Shown one piece after another: positions 24,390-36,718 of a stretch of 64,000 nt of DNA. This DNA comes from Mytilus edulis (taxonomy: Eukaryota). Where the stretch lies: positions 3,968,001-4,032,000 of the forward strand of contig NC_092350.1 in the NCBI RefSeq assembly GCF_963676685.1. The letters are read 5' to 3'. Positions within the stretch are counted from its first letter, which is position 1, and every line of letters starts with the position of its first letter. The position numbers and the translations under genes were made by a program. The notes under the pieces were generated by a model that worked only from the letters and a program-made list of their open reading frames with translations, made no database searches and was not told the origin of the DNA.

Positions 24390-26894
24390 TTAAATGTTTG
24401 TAATCAAGCCATCTGTAAGCAACATCCTCAGTTTCCTCCAAGTACCATCCAAGTCCTCTAGACTTTTCGGCCATTGTATAATAAATGCATAGTTCCAAAT
24501 GTACGAAAACTCTACAGGAATATCAGTAATTGTTATATCTTTTGTAATTATAATGATACGCTCCAGATTTTTTGTAATTCTTTCATATTTTGCCCTGTCA
24601 AGTTCGAACATGCAATCATGTGACGATAGGAATTCGGGCGTGATCAGAAATATAATTGACCTGCTGTTTTGAATGCTCTCTGCCTCGTTGTCTGCTTGAC
24701 TCGGTCCAGGTAAAAAATCTCTATCTTTTATACACATTGTCAGCCCCCATTCCTCTTCAAGTTTTGGTATTAGTACATTTTTAATCCAAATGACAATATC
24801 TCCTTCATATGATATATACACGTCATATTTGTAAATTCTCCAGACTTTGTGCTCAACAACACGGCGAATTACTCCATATATAGAGAAGATGATTTTCCAT
24901 CTCTTGTGATAGGCTAAAAGTAACATTGAGATCGTTATGGTTGTAGATAATAATGTTGATGCAAAAGTTAACCACATAGTATTCTTACAGTCTGCAAACA
25001 AGTCATATAAAGAGTTGTACGCTATAAGTGTATCGATAATTGTGCCGTTAGACAATTTACATTTATATGATCGGCTGTCAAGATTGACTTTTGTAGTCTG
25101 AATCCACCTTATAAAGTCTATAGTGTCACAATTGCACTCAAATGCATTATCAGTGATCTGTAACGTCATTCCATGCAGTTCTTGCATCTTATCTGCCCAG
25201 CCTCTGATAGCTGAGCTCACACTTGTTAATCGATTCTTCCTTACGTCCAGCATTTTTACCTTGTTATGTTCGCTCAGTTGTACCGGAATAGACTGAAATG
25301 AATTTTTACTAAAATAGAGATATGTCAAGTTTGGCATTGGATTTAATAAGTCGTCCGGAAAATACCAAATATCATTTTCAGATATATCCATATACTCGAT
25401 AGATCTAGTATCTTTGAAGAACTGGTTTCCGTATAGTCTTATGGCAATATCTAGGTCAGCTTTTTTCCATACAATCGTTTTCAGAGTGTTATAGGGAGAA
25501 CGTTTTAATTGATTCCATGCAAATGAATAATCTCCACCATTAGAAATAAATGTTTCCAGTCGAATTTGAAGAATAAGTATGGCAAGATTTGTATTTGAAT
25601 AAGATACATCGACATATATAAGGCTGTTATTTTTAGGAACTATCAAATACATTTTTGGAAACGTATTTGCTATTGTGTAACTAAGATCTATTTTTTCAAG
25701 TGACTTTGGTAATATCACACAACTGTGAAATGAACAATTTAAATCTGAATTTGAAGTATCTGAAATTTTCCTCTCATAGTTGACAGCATTATATGAATAG
25801 TCCAACGATTTCAATCTAACAGTATTACAAAAAAAAATTTGTATCTCATTTAGATTCTTCTCGCTAAAAAGCAAAAACCTGTTCCCTTTAAAGGAAATAT
25901 GTCGTAAACATTTCGGGTGATCGAAGGAAAGCAAAGATCCAGGCTCATAATCAACTATTCCATTTTCTGATAAATCTAGATTTTCTACACAAATTGTTTT
26001 CAGGTTCTTCATTATGTCCGCTGTAATTGTCAGAACATACGGTATATCGGCACTGTCTATACTAACGTCACTCACATGACCAAAGTTTATTGTCGTAATA
26101 GTGGCATTACGGTATGGGTGTAACAGCTGCAATGCGTGCTTCAAATGCATGAACGTTCCAGAAAAATCTATCACACGGAGGTTCGGAAACGGTAACAATG
26201 CGTTGTCTTCTGTAGCTACAAAGTGCAATCGACAATTTCTGAGAGTTAGCTGTTCTATAGACGGCGAAAACTTTTCAAAGGTTTTATTTGACAAGCGAAC
26301 TAAATAACATGAGTCGAAGTCTATTTCTTTTATGGTTTTTATTTGACCGAATCCATCTCCAAAGTGTGGCAAAGGCATAATATCGAGTCCTAAGAAAGAC
26401 AACTCCGTCAGAATACTGAATGCATGATCAGGATAATTAAAATCCGTAACAAAATCTATCGGTTGAGGCATATTTCTCCTGATATCCAATTTTGTCAAGT
26501 TTTTTATTGGATGAAAAAGTTCTGCAGAATAAACGTTAGAAAGATTAAGTATATTTTCAGACATGTCCAGTATTGTAAGTTCGCGTAGTCCTTAAAATGA
26601 TTTGTTAGATAAATAGGCAAGTTGATTTTGTCTAAAGAAAAGTTCTTCCAAATATTTATAATTAACAAAAGAATTGTTCCCAATCATTCGTAACAGATTA
26701 AAACTCATATCTAAAACTTTAATATCTCCCGGTAAATCCTGAGGTATAAAAGTTAGTCCTTTGTTTTTACAATCTGCTATTTTTACTTCCTCATTTTCCT
26801 TAAATTCATATTTGATATTGCAGACTGATGCATGCACGAATTCATTACAGATGATGATAATAATTAATACTGAAAAATTTATAATCCTCTCCAT
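24390..26894 (-). pseudogene. TLR: Toll-like receptor TLR-A (signal peptide-LRR-LRRCT-TM-TIR) with a single in-frame nonsense codon
   Basis: ORFs 26592-26894 and 24390-26564 are in the same frame, separated by TAA at 26592-26594 where paralogue TLR-C has CAA. The span is 2505 bp, the same as TLR-C. Motifs: LRRCT NAFECNC...C...C, TM WLTFASTLLS, TIR YDVYISY / RDFLPG. Confidence 0.9.
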
Positions 26895-27060
26895 ATTGTG
26901 ACCTAAATATCTGAAATACCTTCGTGAAATACTACATGTTAAGAAATTCTCCGTAGTTTTTATCGTAGTTCACTATACACAGATAGGTGTTAGGTTACAT
27001 ATTTAAACACAGTAAAGTAATGACAGCACTTTTGCACGCATCAAGGAAAGACCTTTACCC

Positions 27061-28822
27061 AATTCACACATAGTTTAGCTGGCCACGTTATTACCGGTGA
27101 GCTCAACATTGTTAATAACACTTCTCTACAAAATGTGTTATCGAAAGGTCCGCAATATCGTGAGCCTAAATCCATCAATTGGAAATACAACTTTAAAATT
27201 TTGATGGATTCAGTAGCGTATTATGCCAGGCAATGGACTAAGCGCGAAAAGGAAGACGTAGACACTCTTTCCGAATGGATTAGGGCAATGAGGTCGTTGA
27301 TACAAATGGGAATTAAGAATCTGAATGGGTCTATAAATGCCCATGCTACTACGTCAATCTTTAAAGAACCAAATGTTGCAAAACACATATCCTACCTCCA
27401 TGACAAATATGTTGTTGTCCCCGCAGATAAAGCCATCGTTTTTGTGTGTAACACTCGGACACCATCACGAGTTGTTTGACTGTTATGGAATAAACATTTC
27501 ACAAATGATATCGGATATGTTCCTTTCGTCGTAACTACAATCCCCTTCCCTTTCATGAATGTGACCTACCGAATTAGACTTTTTACCGGATTTGTTATAT
27601 CATAAGCAACATGACGGGTGCCACATGTGGACCATGATCTGCTTACCCTTTCGGAGCACCTGAGATCACCCCTAGTTTTTGGTGGAGTTTGTGTTGTTTA
27701 TTCTTTAGTTTTCTATGTTGTGTCATGTGTACTATTGTTTAAAATTGAGAAAGGAAATGGTGAATATGTCAAAGCGACAACCACCCGACCATAGAGCAAA
27801 CAACAGCCGAAGGCAACCAATGGGTCTTCAATGTAGCGAGAATTCCCGCACCCGTAGGTGTCCTTCAGCTGGCCCCTAAAATATGCATAATAGTACAGTG
27901 ATAATGGACGTCATACTAAACTCCGAATTATACACAAGAAACTAAAATTTAAAATCATACAAGACTAACAAAGGCCAGAGGCTCCTGACTTGGGACAGGC
28001 GCAAAATTGCGGCGGGGTTAAACATGTTTATGAGATCTCAACCCTCCCCCTATACCTCTAGCCAATGTAGAAAAGTAAAAGAATAACAATACGCACATTA
28101 AAATTCAGTTCAAGAGAAGTCCGAGTCTGATGTCAAAAGATGTAACAAAAGAAAATAAATAAAATGACAATAATACATAAATAACAACAGACTACTAGCA
28201 GTTAACTGACATGCCAGCTCCAGACCTCAATTAAACTGATTGAAAGATTATGTCTTCATCATATGAATATCAGGTACAATCCCTCCCGTTAGGGGTTTAG
28301 TATCATACTATCATAAAATATATGAGAAGAACATAACCCGTGTCATGCCAACAACTGTTTTTTTAGAAATAAATGTGTTTAGTTCCGATGCAAAGACCCT
28401 ATCAGTGAATCAATGTTAAAGCCAAAATATGCAATCTTTAATGACCTGACAACAGTATCGTAACTATATCCCCTTTTAATAAGTCTATTTAAAGGTTTTG
28501 TTAGTTTCTGAGGAGAATACTGACATTTTTGTGCTTTATAAAGAATATTTCCATAAAATTTTGGATGTGAAATACCTGAACGTATAAGATGTCTGCATTT
28601 ATTCCTAAAGTAATGAACATAGAGAAGTTCTCGCTCGGACACACACTCCATAATCTAGTATAATATAAGAGCATAAACCTTAAGCACGGGGAGGCACTCT
28701 ACTGTCTCCACACGGCACTAAAGATATTGTTTGTCTGTTTGTCTTTTTCATTTTTGGCCGTTGTCAGTTTATTTTAGATTTATGTGTTTGACTGTCCCTT
28801 TGATATCTTTCGTCCCTCTTTT
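27061..28822 (+). mobile_element. Internally deleted Naiad-type Penelope copy about 170 bp upstream of the TLR-A ATG, interrupted by a second element
   Basis: AGHVITGELN, LSKGPQYREPKSINWK, YVVVPADKA, then the family 3' UTR; absent from the equivalent position upstream of TLR-C (about 41260). Confidence 0.85.
27741..28724 (-). mobile_element. 3' portion of a second retroelement family (probably Penelope-like), nested, with an 8-bp TSD
   Basis: TSD TATTGTTT at 27733-27740 and 28725-28732; ORF end ...GISHPKFYGNILYK...LIKRGYSYD; another copy of its 3' UTR at about 63350-63960. Confidence 0.72.
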
Positions 28823-29524
28823 ATCAACTTTTTAATTTCTATTCTATGCCTTTTTGTTTTTCTTTGTTACATATTTGTTTATTATTAAAATGAAAACCTA
28901 ACGTGACTTATTCCCGAATGTGACTGTTTTTATGAGTGTGAATTCGTATTCATTTACAGTTAAGACGTGGCATGGTACTTATCAATCCCAAACTAATTTG
29001 TTGGGTTTTGATGTCGTGTTTGTTGTTTTCATCGAATTTTTACAAATGTTTAAAAGTTTGTTGTTGTAGAAAGTATTTGTTCTGTTGTATCATTGTGTTG
29101 TATTGGGGGATAACTACTCATCCAGTTCATTTGGTAGATTCAACTTTGAATCAACGAAATTTACACTATATATTTGGTTTGCAGTTTGATCAGAAGAAAC
29201 AACCACAAAACTAGATAATACAATTAATTATTTAATTAATACTGCTTCAATTAAATATTAATTAGTATTATAATTTTCACTGTTATTAATATAAATTAGA
29301 TGAGTCATATAAATCTAATCTTGAATTTCATCCAAATTCTCTTAATTTTCGGAACACGTTTCAGAAATTTATATATAACGGCACTTTCGGCGTTGCATTG
29401 ACTATTGCCAACAGGGCTGTGGTTTTGTTATTTATTCGGTTTTTTTTTCTATAGCTAGTCACCACATCAGTTTAATCATGTATATCTATTACATTGTCAT
29501 TTTATAACATTTACTGTTTGCAAA

Positions 29525-30088
29525 TAGTTATCAAAAGTACCAGGATTATAATTTTATACGCCAGACGCGCGTTTCGTCTACATAAGACTCATCATTGACG
29601 CTCAGATCAAAATAGTTAAAAAGCAAAACAAATACAAAGTTGAAGAGCATTGAGGACCCAAAATTCCAAAAAGTTGTGCCAAATACGGCTAAGGTAATCT
29701 TCTCCTGGGGTAAGAAAATCCTTAGTTTTTCGAATAATTCAAAGTTTTGTAAACAGAAAATTTATAAAAATGACCATATAATTGATATCCATGTCAACAC
29801 CGAAGTGCTGACTACTGGGCTGGTGATACCCTCGGGGACGAAACGTCCACCAGCAGTGGCATCGACCCAGTGGTGTAAATAGTTATCAAAAGTACCAGGA
29901 TTATAATTTTATACGCCAGACGCGCGTTTCGTCTACATAAGACTCATCAGTGACGCTCAGATCAAAATAGTTAAAAAGCCAAACAAATACAAAGTTGAAG
30001 AGCATTGAGGACCCAAAATTCCAAAAAGTTGTGCCTAATACGGCTAAGGAAATCTACTCCTGGGGTAAGAAAATCCTTAGTTTTTCGA
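29525..30088 (-). mobile_element. Retrozyme, about 1.6 units of 355 bp; HHRs at 29558-29603 (C3A) and 29913-29958 (intact)
   Basis: agttatcaaaagtaccagg at 29526 and 29881; inserted into an older opposite-strand copy (about 29465-29524 and 30089-30290). Confidence 0.92.
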
Positions 30089-31164
30089 CAAACTATGTAT
30101 TATTCTTGATAGTAATGATGTTTTGTCCCAGAATGATAACCCTGGCCTCACAACTTTTTTGGAACTTTTAGTCCTCGGCGATCTTTAACTTGGTAGTTGT
30201 TATTGCTTTCAAACTTTTTACACTTGAGCATAGTTTTGTGTGGACGTAGCGCATGTCTGGTCTATACAATTATTTTGTTAACCTGTTAACTTGAGATGGC
30301 TATTATTCGTTTGTTTCTCTGTCCTATATTTTCTTTCATTTATCTGTTTATTTATTGTAACCCTGTCGTGTAGTGTTGTAATTCCAATGTTATAATTAAC
30401 ACTATCATTAAAGCGGGAGGTTCGGCATGCCCTAAAACCAGGTTCAACCCACCATTTTTTCATAAAATGCCCTGTACCAAGTCAGGAAAATGGCCATTGT
30501 TACATTATAGTTCGTTTCTCTGTGTGTTATGTTTCGGTGTTGTGTCTCTGTTGTGTCGTAGTTCTCTCTTATATTTGATACGTTTCCCTCAGTTTTAATT
30601 TGTAACCCGGATTTGTTTTTTTCTCTATCGATTTATGATTTTTTAACATCGGTATACTACTGTTGCCTTTATTTATCACACAATATTGACTGTTATATCT
30701 CTATATTTGACATTTGTACCTATTACGTCTGTTTGTTTTGTTTACTCATCTTAGTCAATGTAATGGAATTGAATTTGACTGTAATACAAAGTAAACGTTC
30801 AGCAACCTATAAAACCAGGTTAAATCCACCATATTCTACGACAGAAAATGTCCGTACGAAGTCCGGAATATGACAGTTATCATCCCTTTGTTTGATGTGT
30901 TCGAGCTTTTGATTTTACTATTTGATTATGGAATTTCCGTTTTGAGTTTTCCTCGGAGTTCAGTATATGTGTGATTTTACTTTTTATGAACCATATCAAA
31001 AAACGACAACCACTGGACTAAGGTTAATGTCGGTTAATATTAATTTATTATTTACCCTCTGTTTTGAAAAATTTGCCCTAAAAAGAACTTTTCAATATGC
31101 ACAGACGATAAAAAAAAATAAAACAGTCGTGATCCGGAATAGCAGCATACCGCGTTATCTTTAA

Positions 31165-31438
31165 AAGAGGGACGAAAGTTACCAAAGGAACAATCAAACT
31201 CATAAATTGAAAATAAACCGAAAGCGTCATGGTTAAAAATTAAAAACAAAAACAAAAACAATAGTACACATGACACAACATAAAAAACTAAAGAATAAAC
31301 AACACGAACCCCACCTAAAGCTAGAGGTGATCCCAGGTGCTATTGAAGGGTAATCAGATCCTGCTCCACATGTGGCATCCGTCGTGTTGCTTATGTGATA
31401 ACAAATCCGGTAAATAGTCTAATTCGGTAGGTCACATT
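31165..31438 (-). mobile_element. Naiad-type Penelope 3' UTR fragment (others at about 288-370, 12000-12312, 21161-21375, 23260-23630, 36712-37232, 53542-53592)
   Basis: Matches 4125-4420 (aagagggacgaaagataccaaagggacagtcaaactcat...ggtgatctcaggtgctccggaagggtaagcagatcc). Confidence 0.8.
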
Positions 31439-32789
31439 AAGGTATAGCAATGCACCAATACTTATGTATACTAAACAGATTTTTGATTGACAGAATTTTC
31501 TATTTGTAAAATTTGTATTTCATGGCCATGGACAAGCAAGTCGTGTCTACGGACATGTTAGTCGTGGCCACGGACGAGTTACATTTTTTTCTCTAGAGCA
31601 TAAAATTGCCCAAATAAGCTATCATACTCAATTCATCTAATTTTTTTCTGCTTCACGCTGTAAATATTTGCACAGGTACAATGCATAACAATGAAAACAT
31701 CTTGTTCAACTACTTTTACAAGGCGAAAATGAAAGTCGAATCGTTTAGCCCGTAAACAATACTTTTTTTAATGTTATATATTTTACAATTAAAATATTCG
31801 CAAAAAAAGTCCATCTATTTTGAAAGTCCCAAACATTATATTAGTTGACAGTGGTAACGATTTCGTAGTAGCCCACAATGCATTGTGGTTCATTGAGTCG
31901 ATTGGTTAATTTTTCAAGGCCGTGTTTAGGAAATTACTATGCAAATATATTCTGACATCAGGAAATCTAAAGTTCTCGACTTGTTAAACGTGATATATAT
32001 TTTCGTCCTGAGTTCTAGTGATCGATAACACTATCTTAAAAAGTCTTCCGTTTTGAATGTAAGATTACACTTTTTTTTTTAAATCGAACATGTATCAAAT
32101 AAACCTGTTAGAAATATGGTTTGGATGTTGATATACCGAGCCATGCTAAATACATAGACATAGATAAATTTTCAAAAAAAGAGAATAATAAAAAAAAATA
32201 CAATGGATGATTAAAAATAATAGAAGAATCAACTGAAATTAAAACAATTGAATAGAAAAACAATTGCAAAATGAAACTGATAATTGATCATTGTTCATTC
32301 GTAATTTCCTATATCAAAAGGAGTTGTATGATTGCTAATCAGTAAATCTTTTTTGAAAAAAAAAATTCATACGGTTTCAAATATATAAATTTCGCATTAT
32401 GAAATTAATTTTGAATTCCCCCAAATCGGTTAATCTATGGTTTATGGTTATTCCATGTACATAATACAATGAAGTATACATGGTGACACAGCAACTAAAG
32501 AAACATAAGGAAGTTGAAAGTGAAATATTCCCCTTTTATTAACCGATATGTGTATCATGTGTCGCTCGCATTAAAAATAATTTAAGATCTGATATCTTAC
32601 CTTTGTGTTAAGAACATGTTCTTGCATTAATTTGCACTTTTCATAAGTGCAAATTGTAACCACACTTTATTTTGTCGTAGAATCATCAAATTTGGCAATA
32701 GTATACCTCTGGGGATAAATAAAACAATACAAAAAAAATTAATGAGGCTCGCCCGGTTCGGCAACTGGAGTGAAAACAGTGACCAAATC

Positions 32790-33135
32790 CGGTAGGATAT
32801 TTTTTTCTCCCATAGGATATTTAAAAATCCTACAGGATTTTATGAAATCCTATAGGATAAAGTCATAATCCCTTAGGATATTTTAAATATCCTTTGGGAT
32901 ATATAAATCCTATCGGATGAGGATTTTCAAAATAAATTTTTAATCCGAAAGGATTTTTTTTTATCCTATAGGATTACCATGAACGACTTTTTGTCAGAAA
33001 CAAATGTCCCTTAGGATAATTTTTCTCCTAAGGGATTTATTTTGTCCTGTGAGATGTTTTGTCTCCCTTAGGACACATTTTGTCCTGTAGGATATTTTGT
33101 TTTCCCTTAGGATTAAGTTTGACCTATAGGATTAT
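32790..33135. repeat. Degenerate ~22-bp tandem repeat built on the palindrome ATCCTATAGGAT
   Basis: cctataggat / ccttaggat variants recur about every 21-23 bp; absent from the duplicated block. Confidence 0.75.
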
Positions 33136-35740
33136 TTTTTGAATATTGAACGCAACCCTGATCTTTTTTATTCAATTAGCTTTATCATCAATTTGAGAAT
33201 AGTATTTACATCTTTGTTAAAATGTAACAAAATCTTGAATGTCGTAACACATTACCAATATCGTTAGATGACAAACGCATCTATTGCATATCAGGAAGTT
33301 AACAGACAAATATTTGCATAGGTAAAGTTTCAATATCAGATTTTGTAATTGTACCTTTCACTGTTTAATGTAAATCTCTAATTACTAAAAATATCAAAGA
33401 CCTTTTTGAAAGAAATTAAAGACCTTGATAAAGAGACGAAGTTAAATCAGAAACTGTGGTTAAATACTCCTATGACGTTGTTAGTTCCTCTCAGGTTTTT
33501 TAAATTTTTAAATACTTCCTTAGTATCTTTAGTCTCATGTTTCTATTCAATCATCACAATTTCTTTCGGTTGAAAGCTTCTACCTATCTATAAGCGATTA
33601 ACAAATAAACAAAAAAGCAAAAAGGAAACTGTTTTGTATAACTTTTAGAAAGAAAAAGGATTTCGATAAGAAAATTATACAAAATTGTAACTGTTTGTCG
33701 AGTCTGCGACTCATGTGTAAAATACCTTTGCATCCCTTTTGTAAGTGACTTTTGTAGACATAGACGTTTAATGATTTCCCCAACTATCCTGGTTTTGCAC
33801 CAACCTTGGACAAAACTTTGTTCAAGATAGTATCTATAATTAATTATTGTACAGAGAGATCCTGTTTATCCATTATTTTCTTATAAATGAATGCAGTTTT
33901 TCAGCCAGTTAACATAACATTCACCCTATGCTTAAATTTGTTTTAAATGTTGATAAATTTCTTTAACTATCTTGGATTTGCAAAATTCTTGGACAGCGGC
34001 TTGTTTATGTTCTTACATTTATTTGTAATGAAGTCCTGTCATGTAATATTGTCATTGTAGTGTTTATTGTAACATTGCCATAACAGAGAGAAGTTTTGCT
34101 AGCTACAAAACCGGGCTTAACCCACCTTCTTTTTCTCTTACAATCCCATGTACTATTTCAGAAAAATGGCAATTGTTATCTTATAGTTCGTTTCTGTGTG
34201 TGTGTTGCATGGTCGTTTGTTGTTGTTTTGCACTTTAGTTTTTTTGTTGGTTCGTTGTTTTCCCCTGATATTTGATGTGTTTCCCTCAGTTTTAGTTTGT
34301 AACCCGGATTTGTTTTCTCTCTATCGATTTATGACCTTCGAACAGCGGTATACAACTGTTGGTTTTATTAATGATTATAAGATAGTATCTAGAAAAACAA
34401 CTCTTAATCGTTGCCGTATTATATAGCGCTTAACCCCTACTATAAGTCGTTGTAAGGGCTTACAATGATAGATTGGTTGTTGGACGACCAATTTGTCCCT
34501 TTTGACTTTGCCATACTCATGTCTTATTTTATTTCTCTCAAATGTGATCTACCTAATAGGACTTAGATGTATCACTGTTTTTGTACTGACATGTGAAACA
34601 CAACAGTTGCCACATATGCATCCAAACCACATATCCTGAATACCTGAGAATCATATATATACAATAATGACTTTTTTGGTCTTGATTTCTTGATACTGAC
34701 TTTATTAGCAAGAATATCAAGCGAGCCCGCTATGTATTCCGAGCTGATAAAATGATTTAGTGAGTACTCTTCTTTTAGGTCTGATGCATGCCATGATGGC
34801 TGTCTTGGTGCTAGAATAGAGACGAGTGTATTTCATTGATAAATTGGGGCGGATATACAAGATTGTTTACAGTTGTCATTTCTGGGCCTGTTTATAGCTG
34901 ACAATGCAGCATAGTATTTGCTTATTGTTAAAGGCCATACAGTGATCTGAAGTTGTTAATTTCTGTGTCATTTGGTCATTTGTGAAAGTCGTCTCATTGG
35001 CAGTACATTGTAATACCACAAATCCTTTTTTTGTAAGACCGCATTTACAAGTATCAAGTCCTGTTCTATCAACGGGACAATGTACAAATTGCCGATAAAA
35101 AGAAATGTTGAAACAAAAAATTGTTAAGGAAAACTATTCAAGCTTTAATGAAAATAGACAACATTTTCAAAAACAAAATACTGGACTTGTAATAATAACT
35201 GAACAACTACTTAAACACCATTTATGCATGCTATAAAAATTAGAGTAAAACAAGTGCATTATTCAAGAACATAGAATAGGCAGTATAAGACTTATCATGA
35301 GTCGCATGACATGAGAAGAAGGACATTGTTACCAGAATACAGGTGATTATCGCTAGTTCTGAGGTCTGTTTCATGTTCCTCAGTTTTACGTTTTCTATGT
35401 TATGATCTGTGTATATAAGGTGTTTTGTCTTTGGGTCATTTTTCCTTTTTTTGGCCATGGTATTGTCAGTTTATTTTCGATTTACGAGTTCAAATAATCT
35501 ATGGGTTTTTTTCACCTTATTTTTGGAAAAGGGGCACCATGTAAACGAGTTAAAATAAGAAAGTTCTATAACTTGAACTTTAAATTTAGGCGAATGAATA
35601 GCTGAACTTTAATGAATATTGATTTAACTACATCCATTTATTGAACTGTATTTGTTGAATATAAAGTGTGAGTACTAACAACGATAATACTAATTAACAT
35701 GAACGGTTTAAATAACTGTCTCTGATAGTAAGAGAAAAAT

Positions 35741-36462
35741 ATGATGAGAATTATAGTTTATTCAGTGTGCTGAATTACCAAGGCTTTTTAAATGCGATAT
35801 ACAATACGATTCTAATGAGAAAGTAACGATAGCTACTGACGTCTATACCTGAAAATATACCGAGTCATATTAACGTTTTAGATCTGAGTTCAAATGAGTT
35901 AAGTGAAATTGATATCAATTCTTTTGTGAATTATACAGATTTCCAAGTTCTCAATTTGACAAATAATAAACTGAATACGTTATCTAGAAAAGCTTTTCAA
36001 GGATTAAGCAAACTTTCTGTGCTGAACATGTCTCACAATATGCTTGATTTATCTCAGGATTATTCTGTAGAATTATTTCTTCCAATTCAAAATTTAACGA
36101 CATTGGATATAAGTTATAATATAAAACAATCATATGAAGCTAAAGGTTTTAATTATCCCGATCATGCAATTAGTGTTATGTGGGGGTTGTCTATCTTAGT
36201 AATTGACATGATGCCATTACCTCAATTCGGAAGTGGATTCAGTCGATTAAATAACCTGAAAGAATTACACTTTCAATCTTGTTATTTAAAACGTCTTGAG
36301 AATAAAACGTTTCAGAGATTTTCCTCTTCCTTAGAAGTTCTTACTCTCAGAAATTGTTTGTTATACTTTGTGAATACTGAAGTTGATGCTTTGCTGCCAA
36401 ATCTTCGAGTTATAGATTTTTCTGGAACGTTTCTGCATTTGAAGCCAGCACTGCAACTATGA
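35741..36462 (+). pseudogene. TLR: Toll-like receptor TLR-B, 5' fragment only
   Basis: Close paralogue of 55352-56110. It has about 20-bp and 17-bp deletions near the start, a 6-bp deletion (LLPNL vs LLPFPNL), and is truncated after LKPALQL, where the tRNA-like element begins. Confidence 0.88.
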
Positions 36463-36466
36463 AGTA

Positions 36467-36718
36467 TGTAGTACGCCGCTAGATTAAAACTGACGAGGAA
36501 AAGTAACACACGGCTAGCGAAAGCTCTTTTTTTGAGAGCCCAGGTGGTCGTGTGGTCTAGCGGGACGGCTGCAGTGCAGGCGATTCGGTGTCACGATATC
36601 ACAGTAGCATGGGTTCGAATCCCGGCGAGGGAAGAACCAAACATTTGCGAAAGCAAATTTACAGATCTAACATTGTTGGGTTGATGTTTAGACGAGTTAT
36701 ATATATATATATATATAT
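36467..36718 (+). mobile_element. 5'-truncated copy of the tRNA-like-promoter element followed by (TA)n
   Basis: Matches 13871-14101 and has the same 3' end ...AGACGAGTT(AT)n. Confidence 0.87.

Noticed and set aside
27545-27615. Possible SECIS in the Penelope 3' UTR (ATGAA-stem-AA...)
   Set aside because: No matching 3' GA quartet could be built by eye, and no Cys-position TGA was identified
29616-29882. 88-codon stop-free frame on the antisense strand of the retrozyme (also 17813-18082; related ORFs at 2513, 3528, 3843)
   Set aside because: No ATG, no recognisable domain, and broken by indels in other copies; recurrence is explained by repeat identity. A codon-level conservation test across copies would be needed to revive it.
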